DNA of 64,000 nt from Diplonema japonicum (lineage: Eukaryota; Protista; Euglenozoa: Diplonemea). The position numbers and the translations under genes are program-made. Under the pieces are notes generated by a model. The model saw only the letters and a list, made by a program, of their open reading frames with translations, was not told the DNA's origin and did no database searches. Where the stretch lies: contig OZ025661.1 of assembly GCA_964019335.1 (NCBI GenBank), positions 186,001 to 250,000 on the forward strand, given 5' to 3'. Positions 1-11,231 of the stretch are shown in pieces (the stretch's first letter is position 1; each line of letters begins with the position of its first letter).

Positions 1-351
1 CCACTTCCCGATCATGTAGGTGGAATACCCAGCTTTGCGGAGGTGTTCCGGGAGCGTAGGAACGTCTTGGGGAATCCCTGCGGTGCTCCCTGGAACGATC
101 GTGTCCATGTGCTGGAGCCCCGTGGTGAAGGGGTACCGTCCTGTCATGAAGGCAGACCTTGTGGGGCTGCACACGGGTTGCATGTAGTACCTCCCGAGCT
201 TGATCCCTTCCTCGGCCAGCTTGTCGATGGACGGGGATGGCATGTCTCCACCATTGTAGCCTACATCAGCCCATCCCAGGTCATCTACCACAAGCATCAG
301 GACGTGAGGCTGGATGCTCACAACGGCTGCCACCGTGAGAATGGATAACAT
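1..351 (-). CDS. Arylsulfatase (ARSB-like sulfatase), 5' part; runs off window start
   Basis: Manual translation from ATG at 351: MLSILTVAAVVSIQPHVLMLVVDDLGWADVGY...QPVCSPTRSAFMTGRYP...GYSTYMIGKW; shows the sulfatase DDLG and CxPxR motifs and a signal-peptide-like start; not in the ORF track. Confidence 0.93.
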   Translation of the reverse strand, partial: MLSILTVAAVVSIQPHVLMLVVDDLGWADVGYNGGDMPSPSIDKLAEEGIKLGRYYMQPVCSPTRSAFMTGRYPFTTGLQHMDTIVPGSTAGIPQDVPTLPEHLRKAGYSTYMIGKW

Positions 352-673
352 TTTTTTTACTTTTTTTTTTTTTTTTTTGCTAAGATCTGAAAAAGACGTG
401 GCTTGCAATAGCACGGTGGTGGGGTGACAATAACAAAGTAACTATTTTGTGAAAAGAGAATCGGGGGGTGGAAGATAAAAAAAAAAATCCAAAACAACGC
501 TTCATCAGAAGAACTGAGGGGGGGTTGGGAAGGGAGGGGGGAAAGGAAAGGAACAAAAAAAGGGGGTAGAGAGAGGGGGGGTTTTAAAAAAAATAATGAT
601 TTTTCTTTTTCTTTGATAACTTCGGCCTCTTCTTATTTTTTTTCTTGTAACTAATTTTTTTTTTTTTTTTGTA

Positions 674-1252
674 TCACACTACTGGCATCCCTCCTTTCCT
701 GGACTGTCTGCAGTTCAAATATTGGCGTTGTGTAGCTTCGCACCTACCTTGCCTCTTTGTAAGGCACATATAATGCCTGGGAAAAAAATTCTTTTTTTTT
801 TTTAGCTCACTCATACGCAATATTCAGCAATTCACAGGTCTCCCAGGGCCGCGCGGGGTCATAGTCGGAACCAGATCTTGCTACAGCCAAGCCGTCCTTT
901 TTTTTTTTTTAAAAAATGAAATTTTTTTTTCTTTTGTATACCTGAATAGTTTTTTGAAGCCCCACAGGCCTCTCCCACTGCGAAGAGCCACCCCTTTCGA
1001 AGTAATACGTGAAACCATTCTTTTCCCTGCTCCCCCACCGCGGCATGTACTGTAAGAAAAAAAAGTTGTTACACAAAAAAAAAATACCTCCGCACTAAAT
1101 TCCTGCACGCAGTCCCAGAAGCTCGACTCCGCATTGGGGTCTACCATAGTCTCTCTGTGTTGCTTCTTGCACGGGCCGATGGACGCCGCCGCGATGATAT
1201 CCAGTTTCAGACCAACATCAGAGTCCCCCTTGGCTTGTTGTGGTATCGCCAT
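674..1252 (-). CDS. Small WW-like domain protein, 3 introns (1050-1087, 897-941, 777-816)
   Basis: Splicing three GT-AG mini-introns gives an open frame containing RWGSREKNGFTYYFERGGSSQWERP (WW pattern W..YY..W.P) and ending at TGA 674. Confidence 0.7.
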
Positions 1253-1377
1253 TTTTTTTTTTTTTTTTCTTTTCGCCTTTTTTTTCTTTTTTTTTGCCGC
1301 CACGGTTTCCTCAAAAAGAAGAAAAAAAAAATACTGGTTAAAAAAAAAAAAGTAATTGTTACCCCCATTTTTTTTTT

Positions 1378-1692
1378 TTACCCGTGTTTCCACAGGAGTA
1401 TTTGGTGCTCACCCAACGTAAAGTGAATAAATTTCATGGACTCGTAAGTGCAGTGTGCGCCGAAGCTCTTCCCATACACGCAGTGCCACCTCCCGGGCCC
1501 TAACACCTTGTCAGCTTCTTTTTTAATACACATTGCGATATCCCGTTCTGTGGCCTGCTCCTTTACGTTCAAGGCGGCCTGTGCAAACTCCACTGCTTTC
1601 TGTTGCTCCTCTTCTGCCATGTAAGCGGTGACAATTGACACTTTCCTCTCAACAACCTCTTTCTGGTCCTTGTCTTTCCGATCGGTGGCCAT
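1378..1692 (-). CDS. Dynein light chain type 1 (LC8 family)
   Basis: M.EEEQQKAV...ERDIAMCIKKEADK...GRWHCVYGKSFGAHCTYE...ILLWKHG matches the LC8 family pattern. Confidence 0.9.
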   Translation of the reverse strand: MATDRKDKDQKEVVERKVSIVTAYMAEEEQQKAVEFAQAALNVKEQATERDIAMCIKKEADKVLGPGRWHCVYGKSFGAHCTYESMKFIHFTLGEHQILLWKHG

Positions 1693-1805
1693 CTTCTCCA
1701 CGCAGCCCTCCCCCCTCTTACTGTGTGTGTAGATGTGTGACGATACATATGGGGGAATAGATGTGACAAAAAAAAGAGGGGGGGTGTGGAAACACCGTCG
1801 TTATG

Positions 1806-3080
1806 TCAGTGGACCGATTTACAGATTAGCAAGGAAGGCTCCTTGAGCCCCTCGAAAAGGGTTTGCTTTAGAAACGCCGGGTTCACGGGAACGGGGGTCC
1901 ATCTCTTGTGTTTCAGGCCCCACACGGAGAGGAACCGTTCTGAAATGTTCTCGGCGGCAGACAGTGAGGCGTGAGAGAGCAGGATACTGACAGCGCTGAA
2001 GATGGCTAGGAGCGCAGCTCGTTTCATTGAAGACAACGACGACAGGGGGCGAACAGGTGTTTTTTTCCTCTTGTTTCGTTTTTTTGACAACGGAGATGTA
2101 CAAGGCGGGCATGCCTTGCCAGCGACGTGACTATAGTCGGCAATCCGGGAAGGCAGGGGTTTCTTCCCCCTCTTCACCCGCACCGATGCAACCTCGTCGA
2201 TGTTTAAGTTCACATCCTCCACTGCAACGAACTCAACGGACTTGCGTGTTTCCTCGTCATCAGTATTATCAGGTAATGAAACATTGTCCTTCGTCACCTT
2301 GGAAACCGGTGCAATTTCATCTTCTTTGGATACGCGATTCGGGGGTTTTCTACGGATTTTCTGCGTAGTTCGGACATGAACTGTTTGGTCATTTGAAAGT
2401 ACAAAGGTAAGGGTGTGTGGAGAAGCGGTGGGAACAACGGGTGCGGACGCAGCGGGAAGAACGGGTTTTTTAGTTTTCGCGTCCGCCACGACCACGGCCA
2501 CGGCCTCCTTGCACTGTAGTGCGAGGTTTAAATACTCGCGTTTCTTGGACGTCGCAGTCCATGTGTCCAGCACCCTTGAGAAAACTTTTAGAAACTCCGA
2601 TTTGTAGATTCTCTCCGCTTTTCGTGCGTCTTTTTCCCACTCCTTTTCCAGCTCTTCGGTGAACGTCCCTCCAGGCAACACGGTTCTTCCAACGGCCGAG
2701 AAGATGTCCATGTACTCAGACTTCACGATGTACATCTTCTTGGTGACAGTCCGCCATATGTCCCGTGAAATTTCACGGAGCTCGTAGCAGTTTTTCACGA
2801 GTTCCCGGCGCTTGAGGTTGCCGTCTGTGTACTGTCCGGTGTTGACCTGGTTTCTGTACTCCAGCGACCCGGGCTTTGAAGTATCGATCACGTCGAAGCA
2901 AATCTCTTTTTGAACCATTTCTTTTATCCACAGTCGCAGCGCGTCCCCTGCAGACGCCCGTCTCCTCCCGCGAAGATGTCGGTCATGAAAAGGCAAACCC
3001 ACCTCAATGTTGTCAGGTGTGACAACACCTTTGCCGATGGGAGAGAACTGCCCGAAGACCATGGGTGCATGGTTTTCCAT
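1806..3080 (-). CDS. Hypothetical protein (424 aa)
   Basis: Long ORF on the coding strand; no recognisable domain. Confidence 0.65.
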   Translation of the reverse strand: MENHAPMVFGQFSPIGKGVVTPDNIEVGLPFHDRHLRGRRRASAGDALRLWIKEMVQKEICFDVIDTSKPGSLEYRNQVNTGQYTDGNLKRRELVKNCYELREISRDIWRTVTKKMYIVKSEYMDIFSAVGRTVLPGGTFTEELEKEWEKDARKAERIYKSEFLKVFSRVLDTWTATSKKREYLNLALQCKEAVAVVVADAKTKKPVLPAASAPVVPTASPHTLTFVLSNDQTVHVRTTQKIRRKPPNRVSKEDEIAPVSKVTKDNVSLPDNTDDEETRKSVEFVAVEDVNLNIDEVASVRVKRGKKPLPSRIADYSHVAGKACPPCTSPLSKKRNKRKKTPVRPLSSLSSMKRAALLAIFSAVSILLSHASLSAAENISERFLSVWGLKHKRWTPVPVNPAFLKQTLFEGLKEPSLLICKSVH

Positions 3081-3197
3081 CGCTCCCCCCCCCCCCCCCC
3101 CCCCTCGGCTCTCTGTTTTATTTTAATTTGAAAATAAGAGACGGGGACAAAAAAAAAAAAACTATGATTGTGTGTCCTGATAACATATCTTTTTTTT

Positions 3198-4406
3198 TCA
3201 TTCAATTTTGTCGACCGGGGCGGATTTGTCGGTGTACACTGCCCAAGGGCCGCCATCTTTGGAATACCAATCCATAGGGTAGATGCTGGGCATGACGGCG
3301 GTTCCCATCGCAACCTCAAGTTCGAATGGTGACAGGATAGGGGTTTCGAAGTGCATCCCCCAGTCGATGGAGAGACGGGGACAGGATATCTGCACCCAAG
3401 CCGTTATGTCCTCGAAAAGCGCAAGCTTAGCGGGGAATATCTCCGACAAGAGAACCACCACGTAGTCTATGCCACGCGCTTTGAGTATCCGTTCCACACG
3501 CGTGAGCGCAGCAGGGGAGCCTTGATGCCCGAGCGTTCCAAGCGCAACACCAAACCGCGTTGCGGTGCGTGCTTTTTCTATAGATTTCATTCGATTCTCT
3601 TTCATGAGAACATGGTCGTAACCTTCTTCAGTCAGCTGTTTGGTATAAGGATTGTACAGGTATGCTTTCAAATGCGGGTTGTGTATCATCAAGGACTCCA
3701 TGTGGAAACGCCCGTCAGCGAGAAAAACCATGATTTCATGTTCGCCAGATGGGAGCTTGGGTGATGTGCACCCTAACACCTCACCGTAAGAGAGAGGCTT
3801 GGCTTGGGGCACCATGGGTGGGTTGTCGAAGTGGGAGGAGAGTGCTTCCGATGCAGCTCGGAGGCAGCTGGCGAATTGGATCGTCGCTGACATTACGATT
3901 TTCTTGTCCTTCGGGACGAGTTTTTTAATGGTGTCCACAACGTGGTCCACATCGACCTTTATCTCCACAAACACGTACATCATGTTTGGGACCACACAGT
4001 CTCGGATAGAAATTAAACAGCTGTGTCCATAGTGGACTAGAAAGTCAGCACCAAGAGCCTTTGCTGCCCAGTCGTCGACACAGCATGCTCCATATGTTAC
4101 GTCACCCAAAAGAGCGCATTCCACACCTAATGATTTTTCCAGTATTGAAGCGATGACAGGGGCGAAGAGGAGCAGTCCCTCGGGGAACTGGAGGGCCACG
4201 CGTTTTGCCCCGCTTTCCCGGACCCTCCACACCGTCTTGTGTATCTCGAAGGTGTAGTTGGACGGGAGCTCTGCTGCCATCTTGTTCAGAACGGGGTCCT
4301 CCAATATCTCGACAGGAATGGCCCCACGGCCTCTTGCGATTACTCGCTTTGGTTTTGCCTTGGGCTTAACCTCTACCACTTCATTGCCTCCGCAATTACA
4401 CGACAT
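3198..4406 (-). CDS. DPH1: Diphthamide biosynthesis protein 1
   Basis: NYTFEIHKTVWR, VALQFPEGLL, GDVTYGACCVDD, HYGHSCL, GEVLGCTSP, CPRLSIDWG. Confidence 0.97.
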   Translation of the reverse strand: MSCNCGGNEVVEVKPKAKPKRVIARGRGAIPVEILEDPVLNKMAAELPSNYTFEIHKTVWRVRESGAKRVALQFPEGLLLFAPVIASILEKSLGVECALLGDVTYGACCVDDWAAKALGADFLVHYGHSCLISIRDCVVPNMMYVFVEIKVDVDHVVDTIKKLVPKDKKIVMSATIQFASCLRAASEALSSHFDNPPMVPQAKPLSYGEVLGCTSPKLPSGEHEIMVFLADGRFHMESLMIHNPHLKAYLYNPYTKQLTEEGYDHVLMKENRMKSIEKARTATRFGVALGTLGHQGSPAALTRVERILKARGIDYVVVLLSEIFPAKLALFEDITAWVQISCPRLSIDWGMHFETPILSPFELEVAMGTAVMPSIYPMDWYSKDGGPWAVYTDKSAPVDKIE

Positions 4407-4594
4407 TTTCTTTTTTTTTTTTTTTTCTGGGGTGTTTGTAAATTAGGAAGGGGAGGGGAGGGGAGGGGGGGATAGAAATAAATAAACAGGGTGAAAGGGT
4501 GGGGGAAAAAAAAAAGAAGAAAAAAACACACTGCCGTCCCTTTGATTCTGAAGAGGATAAAAAAAAAACAAAAAAAAAAAACATGTTGACATCA

Positions 4595-4903
4595 TCAGAT
4601 GGTCGTCATGCGAATAGAAGTACTCGTCATCACAGGAACGTAGCTTATGGCTCCTTTTTTTTTTTTTTTTTGTTTTTGTTTTTGTTTTCCTCCCTTTCAA
4701 GTAATACCACTCTTAACTGCCCATCTCACTACGTTCAGCGCGCACACAACGAATGCAAATTTCAGCCCAGCCTGATGGAATTCCGCGTCCGCCTGATTTT
4801 TTACTTTGTCCCCTCCCGCCCCTTCTTTTTTTCCAAGAAAGACTCTCTACAATACCTTGTGCTTGGGGTACTGCTCCTGTCCCATTCCCATTCCAGGCAT
4901 CAT
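4595..4903 (-). CDS. Candidate 63-aa single-TM micro-protein, 2 introns (4793-4855, 4654-4707)
   Basis: Exons 4903-4856, 4792-4708 and 4653-4595 join in frame through GTATT...AG introns: MMPGMGMGQEQYPKHKADAEFHQAGLKFAFVVCALNVVRWAVKSGAISYVPVMTSTSIRMTTI*. Confidence 0.6.
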
Positions 4904-5279
4904 TTTTGTATTATGTGTGATAGCCCTTTTTTTTTTTTCCTTTTTTCTTCCCCCCCCTCTCAAGAAGGCACAAACACGAAAACAAAGAAGAAAGGACAAA
5001 AAAAAATAGATACTCAGTTTTGTTGTGTTTGTGTTTGTTGTGGAAAAGAAAAGGGCGTGGGGGGAGGCTCTGTGAAAAGCTATGTCTTTCGCAAGTATAA
5101 CCAACAAAAAGAGAGGAAGAAGGGGAAGGGGGGGGGGGGGGGGGGGGTCCACCAAAAATAGTTCCCAAAAAAAAAAAAAAAAAAAAAAAGCAGGCCTTAA
5201 AGCACGGATGAGGAAAAAAAAGAAATTTGAACTGTCAAGGAGAGGTAAAAGGTACTTTCCACTATTACTTTGCTGGCAC

Positions 5280-5310
<31 letters not shown>

Positions 5311-6068
5311 AGAAAGACAAAAGGGTTAAAACTGTGAGGCTAGGTACTCGGCTTTACGTTAGTATTATTAAACCCATCACCCCCTGCCTTCCCCCCCCCC
5401 CCCCCCCCCCCCCTTCTGTTGCAGATCTTTCTCACCTTCGCTTAAGGGAAGGTTGTGTCATGCACCAGAGAGGCACAGGCCCCCAAAGAAACTTGGTCCT
5501 GCTGCCCCTCAAAAAAAAAAAAGGGAAAAAATTGAAAACAAATTGAAAATTCCAGCTGGGGAAACCACTTTGGTGTTTTTTTTTTTTTTTTTTTTTTCCC
5601 CTTTTTTTTTCTCTGATTTTTGAAAGAGAAATTGTGGCAGTACCTTAAAGAGGAACTGAATGGAAGAAGAAAAGAAAAGGGGGGGTAGGGTGGGAAGTTG
5701 ACCTATATACATTTCTTAAAGGGGACAAGCGGGGTGGATCAGATACTCGATTCTTCTTTTCTTTCTTTTTTCATTTTTTTTTCTCCAAAAAACCCCTTTC
5801 CTGACAAAAGAACGGGATCTTTTCTTTTTATTTTTTTAAAAAAAATTTCTTCTTTTTCGTTCTTTTTTTTTTCACGCCAAATTTTTCATATGCCAAAAAA
5901 AAAAAATGAAAATCTGTTGAGGGGTAGGGAGGGGGGGCTTTTTTTCTTTTTTCTTTTTTTTTTTCGTTTTCTTTCTTTTTTTTTTTGAGAATATTAATTC
6001 ATAACAAAAAAGGTGGGGGCGGGGGCTAGGGGAGGCTTAAATTAATCATCCGAGGTTTCCAAATTTCC

Positions 6069-6100
<32 letters not shown>

Positions 6101-6150
6101 ACATTTAAGGGTACCTGCGGTATGTGGCAGGACGCCTGAAGAGTCTCAAT

Positions 6151-7833
6151 CTATCTCTTGATCGAACCTTTCTGCTGTGGTGTGGCCTTCGGCCCCTCGT
6201 TCGCCCTCCTCGGTACCTTAGGTATAAAACCCTCAACCGAGTTGGTACGGACACAATAGTTGTACAGTTGTTTCTCAAGGATGTGGCGGGTCGCCGGGGA
6301 GGCGAATACCGGTCTAGAGGAGTAGCCCCTTATGGAGCCGTTGTAGTAACCCAACGTGCGAAGGGAGTGGACAGAGGCTACCGAAGCAGCTGGAATGAGG
6401 GGCGCTATGCGCTTATTGGTGTGGATGCGTTCTAGTGCCGCTATCACCCGGCCTATGACACGCGCGCTCTCCTGGATGTCCTCACCCTCTCCACAAGGCG
6501 AGAGTCCTTCTGTGGCAATGAAGTCCACGGCCAGCTCAAGCCTGGAGACCTGTCCACCTGTTGTACCCCAGTGAAGGGCCGAGAGCCATCGGATGACGTG
6601 CGGGAATAGTCGCGGGAGGTACTGTTGCCTCAAACCGTTGTCGTAGTACCACCTCAGTGACCGCGGCTTGAGCAAACACCCCTTCTCGAAGGGCCTGTTC
6701 CACAAGTGAACACTAAAGTCCACAGTCTTCTTTCGTGCAAAGGCGAGTTGCAAGTTGCCAGTAATCTCCGCCATCATTAGCTGTAACTCAGCTGTTTCCA
6801 GCACGAGCCCCCCCGTCGCAATGCCATGCAGTTGTGTGCACCGGGGCCACTGGTTACGTTGTGCGCATAGTGCCGCCCGCTTCTCGGATGCTGTCCTGAT
6901 GTGCTCGTGTGCCTGACAGTCCCAGAGGGTGTGCTCCAGGAGCCTTGACGTATGTTGTGAAACGTCGAAAGTAGCGTCGCAGCCCATGCACTTCGTCCGC
7001 CCCCCGACCGTGTCATTGATGACCTTGGGGTGGAATGGGAAAACGGCCCCCACTATCACCTGTAGCACCCTTCGAGCTTTGGGCGGATTGCGAGTCGCCA
7101 GGTGTAAGTGTAGCCCGTTGGTGGCCTTCTCGTCGATGTTGCCCGTCCCCTGAAAGGAGGGTCTGCTCTCTTCTAGGGCCGTTCGCAGGTGGACCTTCAG
7201 GAGCTTCCTGACCTCGTGCTTCAGGGCCCTTGGCTCCAGGGGTACCCATTGCCGCGCGAACTGCGCCCAGCTGGACCCCAGTTCCCCCAGCAGTTCGTGG
7301 GTCTGTCCGAGCATCCCGCAAGGGCCGAGGGGGCTCCCGCCCCGGGCGGCTTCCTTGTACTTGTCCCTGCACGTTTTAACGAGTGCCCTGGACCCTTCGT
7401 CGCTTTGCATCATTCGCGCAAACGTCGTGATTCTGCGGTATGCGGCTGCTGAATAAGGGTCCAGCCTGTGACCTTTGAAAGCCACCCCAAGGTAGTTCGT
7501 CATGTTCGCTGAGAGCAACACCAGTTCATCCGGGTTGGTGGGCCCCGGGTTGGGGTGAATGTCACCATGTGTGAGGAGTCTCCTCCGAGCTTCGCCGGCA
7601 ATTGACTTCCTCGGACGTTTGGTAACGGGTCGGTGACCTCGAGGCAACGCCACCGGCCTGCGGCGTGAGCATAACGCACCGTTGGAGGGTGCGCCAAACC
7701 AGTCGGAGGGTATGCAGCGTGGGCTGAGGAGTGAGAGCGCGTCGAGGGTTAGCCCGTCCAGCGTGATCAGAGTGAGAAGTGCAAAAAGGAAAAGGAGCAC
7801 GGGCCGGAGTAGGGAGCCTGACCACGAGGATAG
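6151..7833 (-). pseudogene. Retroelement ORF2 remnant (2A-like motif, APE and RT core deleted, CCHC C-terminus)
   Basis: RRRLLTHGDIHPNPGPTNPDELVLLSANMT|NYLGVAF...KCMGC...LEHTLWDC...QKGSIKR*; no RT catalytic xxDD motif seen. Confidence 0.75.
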
Positions 7834-9368
7834 TCAGTTGAACTCATCCTGCGTGACCAGAGCTAGGTCCATCAGCGCCGCCTGGTCAGCGTCCCTTTTT
7901 CGTGAGGGGGAAGCGGATTCAGCGGCCGCCCGTTTAGCATCAGCCTCCGCTTTAGCCTTCGCGAGTGGGGACAGTGGGAATTCAGCCTCCGTGAGCTTAA
8001 CATGAGACCTTCCCTTGGGGTGGTATGCACGTCCGCAGCGCCGAGGTTTGTCCTCGACAGCCCATTCTCTGATCGAGATGGAGGGCATGTTGTCCGGTCG
8101 GCTGATGATGAGAGTAGGGGGGGGCTCCTCTGCCCTCGCTAGCCATCTCCCCCCGGGCATCCGGCTGAGCTTTTTTATTTCCCACCCCTGCATCCTGCAG
8201 TCGTCTGTGATGTCACACGGGTGCTCCCCGTACGCGGCCCCCTCGATCACATACTTCCTCCCCACCTGATCTTCCGGCAGGAACACCGCGCCAAGAGATT
8301 GCGTCACCACGTGCCGAGCAGTGCCTGGCGGGAGCATGATCGCCAGACCGATGGGAGTGACTGTGGGGGCAATACGGAAGCTAGAAGAAGGCCCGGTGAA
8401 GGTACGAGGAACATCCACCGGTCGGATCGTTTTCTTGAGCTGGATGACTTCCAACCGTTCCTCGGGGAGGGCGTGTGTCCAGTACACGTCGTTGTCACCG
8501 CTGTTGCTGAGGAGGCGGCTGGCGTGCAGCCAGTCCACGCGCACCCTTGCTGTTGCTCGCTGCGCCGTCCTCTCAACCCGCCATACGTTGTCCCTCGTGA
8601 CCTCGTAGGCTTCCTGTTTGTCCCTAGCAGCTAGCATCGCCATCCTGGCCACTGCCTCCCCGTTCGTTGTTCTCGCCCACTGCTCGTTGGAGCAGAAGTC
8701 CTTGGCGACAATCGCCACGAGGACCACTGTCCTGTTCGTGCGCGTCTTGGGCTTGTCCCCGTCGGCCATCGTCGGGTCGTATTGATCGCCGGACGTCCAT
8801 AGGGTCTTGATGCCTCTGCTAGTGGGGGTCGCAACCTCCCTGGCGCCCTCGAACCGGGTTGTGAGACGACGCGGTGGTCCAGCTCCAGGCTCGCCAACCT
8901 CGCCGCTAGGACTTCGGGATCGGGACAGTTGAAGTAGATCCCCTTGAGAAGTGGTTCGGGGACTTCGTTGAAAATGGGCGCGCCGTTCCAGTGTTTTGCG
9001 TCCAGGGAGGTCTTTGGTGGGGGGCCTCTCAGTTTGTCAGCCCACGTGGAGGTCACAGGTCGCTTCTGCTGGGTCTGATGCCCGACCGTCTGCCACTTCC
9101 CGGCCTTCTGGTGCTGCGGTTGTTGCTGCTTGGTGGTCTGCTTCTGTTGCTGTCCCTGCTTGTGTTGCCGTCCCTGCTTCTGTTGCTGTCCCTGTTTCTG
9201 TTGCTGTCCCTGCTTTTGTAGCTGTCCCTGCTTTTGTTGCTGTCCCTGCCGCCCTTCCATGAGCGCTAAGAGCATGCCAATTATCCTGACACACTCTCCA
9301 CTCCATGCCCCTTGGCTTGCCAGCTTCTCTGCTCTGTCGAGCATCTCTCCTATCAGCTTCCTATCCAT
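7834..9368 (-). pseudogene. Retroelement ORF1 (gag-like), one frameshift near 8865
   Basis: ORFs 8631-9368 and 7834-8769 overlap in different frames; a 1-nt shift at ...DHRVV/LTTRFEGAREV... would join them. Confidence 0.65.
9146..9250 (-). repeat. 18-bp tandem repeat encoding (QQQKQG)n in ORF1
   Basis: About 5 copies of GGACAGCAACAGAAGCAG-like units. Confidence 0.85.
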
Positions 9369-9555
9369 TTTGGTGGGAAGACAAGTTTTTTTTTTTTTTT
9401 AAAGATTATATTATTATTATTATTTTTTTTTATATTATTTATTAGTTTCTTGAGTTTATAGTATAGTCAAGTATGATTGATGTTCCACTCCCGTGTTAAA
9501 AGGAAGTAGAGATTAACCCCGTTAACGCCTATATTTATCAGCCACGGGGAGCGAC

Positions 9556-9571
9556 CAATAAAGTACAGAAA
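9556..9571 (-). other. Remnant of euglenozoan spliced leader 3' end (TTTCTGTACTTTATTG)
   Basis: Plus strand caataaagtacagaaa is the reverse complement of the last 16 nt of the Leishmania/Diplonema-type SL exon as I recall it. Confidence 0.75.
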
Positions 9572-9587
9572 AAAAAGAAAAAAAAAA

Positions 9588-9916
9588 TGGGGCTTTGATT
9601 GCAACACTAGGTGGCGTTAAGCGTGCAATGAAGCACGAACGACCTACTTGATTACAGGGGGCGCTCCTCGGCCGAGCAGTAGCTTCTTCTGCGTTCCACG
9701 TCGTGTCCTTAATGCGTGCGGTGTGCTCAACCCTTGCCGGGGCGTCCCGGGTAACCAAGATTCTGCGCTTGTGCAGTTTGCTGCCTGTTCGTCACCCTGA
9801 GCATCTGCTTTATGATCTTCTTCCACTCGGGCGCTACCGGTGATGACCGACGAGGAGGTCAACAGCGAACAACACATCTGATGTATTTCTTATATTTCCA
9901 TGTTATCCCCACCACC
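9588..9916 (-). mobile_element. 329-bp non-autonomous retroelement/SINE-like repeat, copy 1
   Basis: 4 mismatches versus 25448-25776, same ends, A-runs on both sides; ends PPVIK* + 56 nt with hairpin + (T)n. Confidence 0.85.
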
Positions 9917-10163
9917 CAAAAAAAAAGAAGAGCTTGACTGGCATTGGTGTGTGTACCCCAGACGGAGGGGAGAAACCTGCGCTATAAGACGTACGCTTTG
10001 TACCGCTCCCCACTGCTTGGACTCGAAGGCCCGGTTCATGAAAGAAGAGAGAAAAATCAAGGGGGGGTGGAGAGGGAACTAAACTTTAAGAGGGCAAAAA
10101 AAATATATATAAAAAGTGCTTCATTAATTGCACCGGGTTTGCGTAGTTTGGGCGTTACGGGGG

Positions 10164-10194
<31 letters not shown>

Positions 10195-10590
10195 AATGTC
10201 ACCAAGGAAATCTGTAAAATAAAGTGTATTTTCTTCCCTTTCAAAAATACGGGTCACTCCAAAGAACAATTTTCTCTCGGTCTTCCTAACGGAAGGGGGT
10301 CAAAAAAAATACGAGTTTCAGAGTTATGATGCATTAAGGAACTGGCCTCCTTGAGACGAGTTTTGCACCCTTTTTAGAGCCGAAGCCACAAAAAAAAAAA
10401 AAAAGAAGAGGAATCAAAAAAAAAGGGCTCCGTGTTAAACTCTTTCACTTTCTTTTTTTATTTTTAATTTACCTTTTTTTTTTTATTTTTTTCATTTCTT
10501 TTTTTTTTTTTTTGGGAGGGGAAAATATAAAAAAAAAAAAAAAAACGGGGGGAAATCTTTCGCGCAACTTTTTTTTTTTTTTTTTTTAAA

Positions 10591-11200
10591 TCACCCGAGC
10601 ACCAGCCGAGAAGTACCAGTTCTCTGAGGCAGAACGATATCGGCTGCCGAGTGGCAAATTAGACCGGATTTCTTTGCTGCTGGCGAATGGACGTGACCCC
10701 CTTTGAGAGGGGACCCGGAACCCCCTGCAGCAGCACCCTTCTCCTTATGTTGCTCCTGTTTCCACCGCTGAATCTTGTTCCGCACAGAATCGGGAGGAAG
10801 CCTATCTTCCGCTTCCAAGGCGGCGGGGAAAGTAGAAGGCCTGCAGGGTATGATGCTATCAGGCTCATCAGAACCCAAAGGCTGTACTATACTCGCCAAC
10901 GTTTGGATGGGTGCAGACTTTGTGCGGTCTTTACGTGCCACCTTCGCGATCTTTTCTTTCAAGTCGTTCAGCAGAGCAGGCTTCTGCTCCCTCAGGTACA
11001 CCCGGATGATATTGCCGCACTTCTTGTAAACCTCGATGATGACACCCACAGCCGCGCTCCGCACCTTCCCGTTGGTGCATTGAAAGCACCCCACAGCATA
11101 GCCCATGATAGCCTCGGTGGAGAGCGAATTCTCTTTAAATTCAAACTCCTGAATAAGCGTGGTCAGTATGGATAATCTCGCCAGCATCATTTTCCAGCTG

Positions 11201-11231
<31 letters not shown>

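Larger units (their letters stand above)
6098..9571 (-). mobile_element. Internally deleted non-LTR retrotransposon (ORF1 plus ORF2 remnant) flanked by (T)n tracts
   Basis: GC-rich coding block; gag-like ORF1; GDIHPNPGP followed by LVLLSANM (start of an APE-like domain) then directly YLGV (end of RT) and a CxxC...HxxxxC zinc knuckle; 3' end shared with other copies; SL remnant at the 5' end. Confidence 0.85.

Noticed and set aside
4595-4633. C/D box pair on the minus strand
   Set aside because: Only 39 nt long, and better explained as the last exon of the micro-gene.
8850-8880. Programmed frameshift within retroelement ORF1
   Set aside because: No slippery heptamer; probably a 1-nt deletion in a decayed copy.
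9400-9571. Intact SL RNA gene
   Set aside because: Only 16 nt of the exon are present, there is no GTATG donor after it and no tandem array.
9588-9662. tRNA or Pol III gene (box-A-like TAATCAAGTAGG, T-run end)
   Set aside because: No cloverleaf or box B; it fits the stop + UTR + hairpin layout of the retroelement 3' ends.
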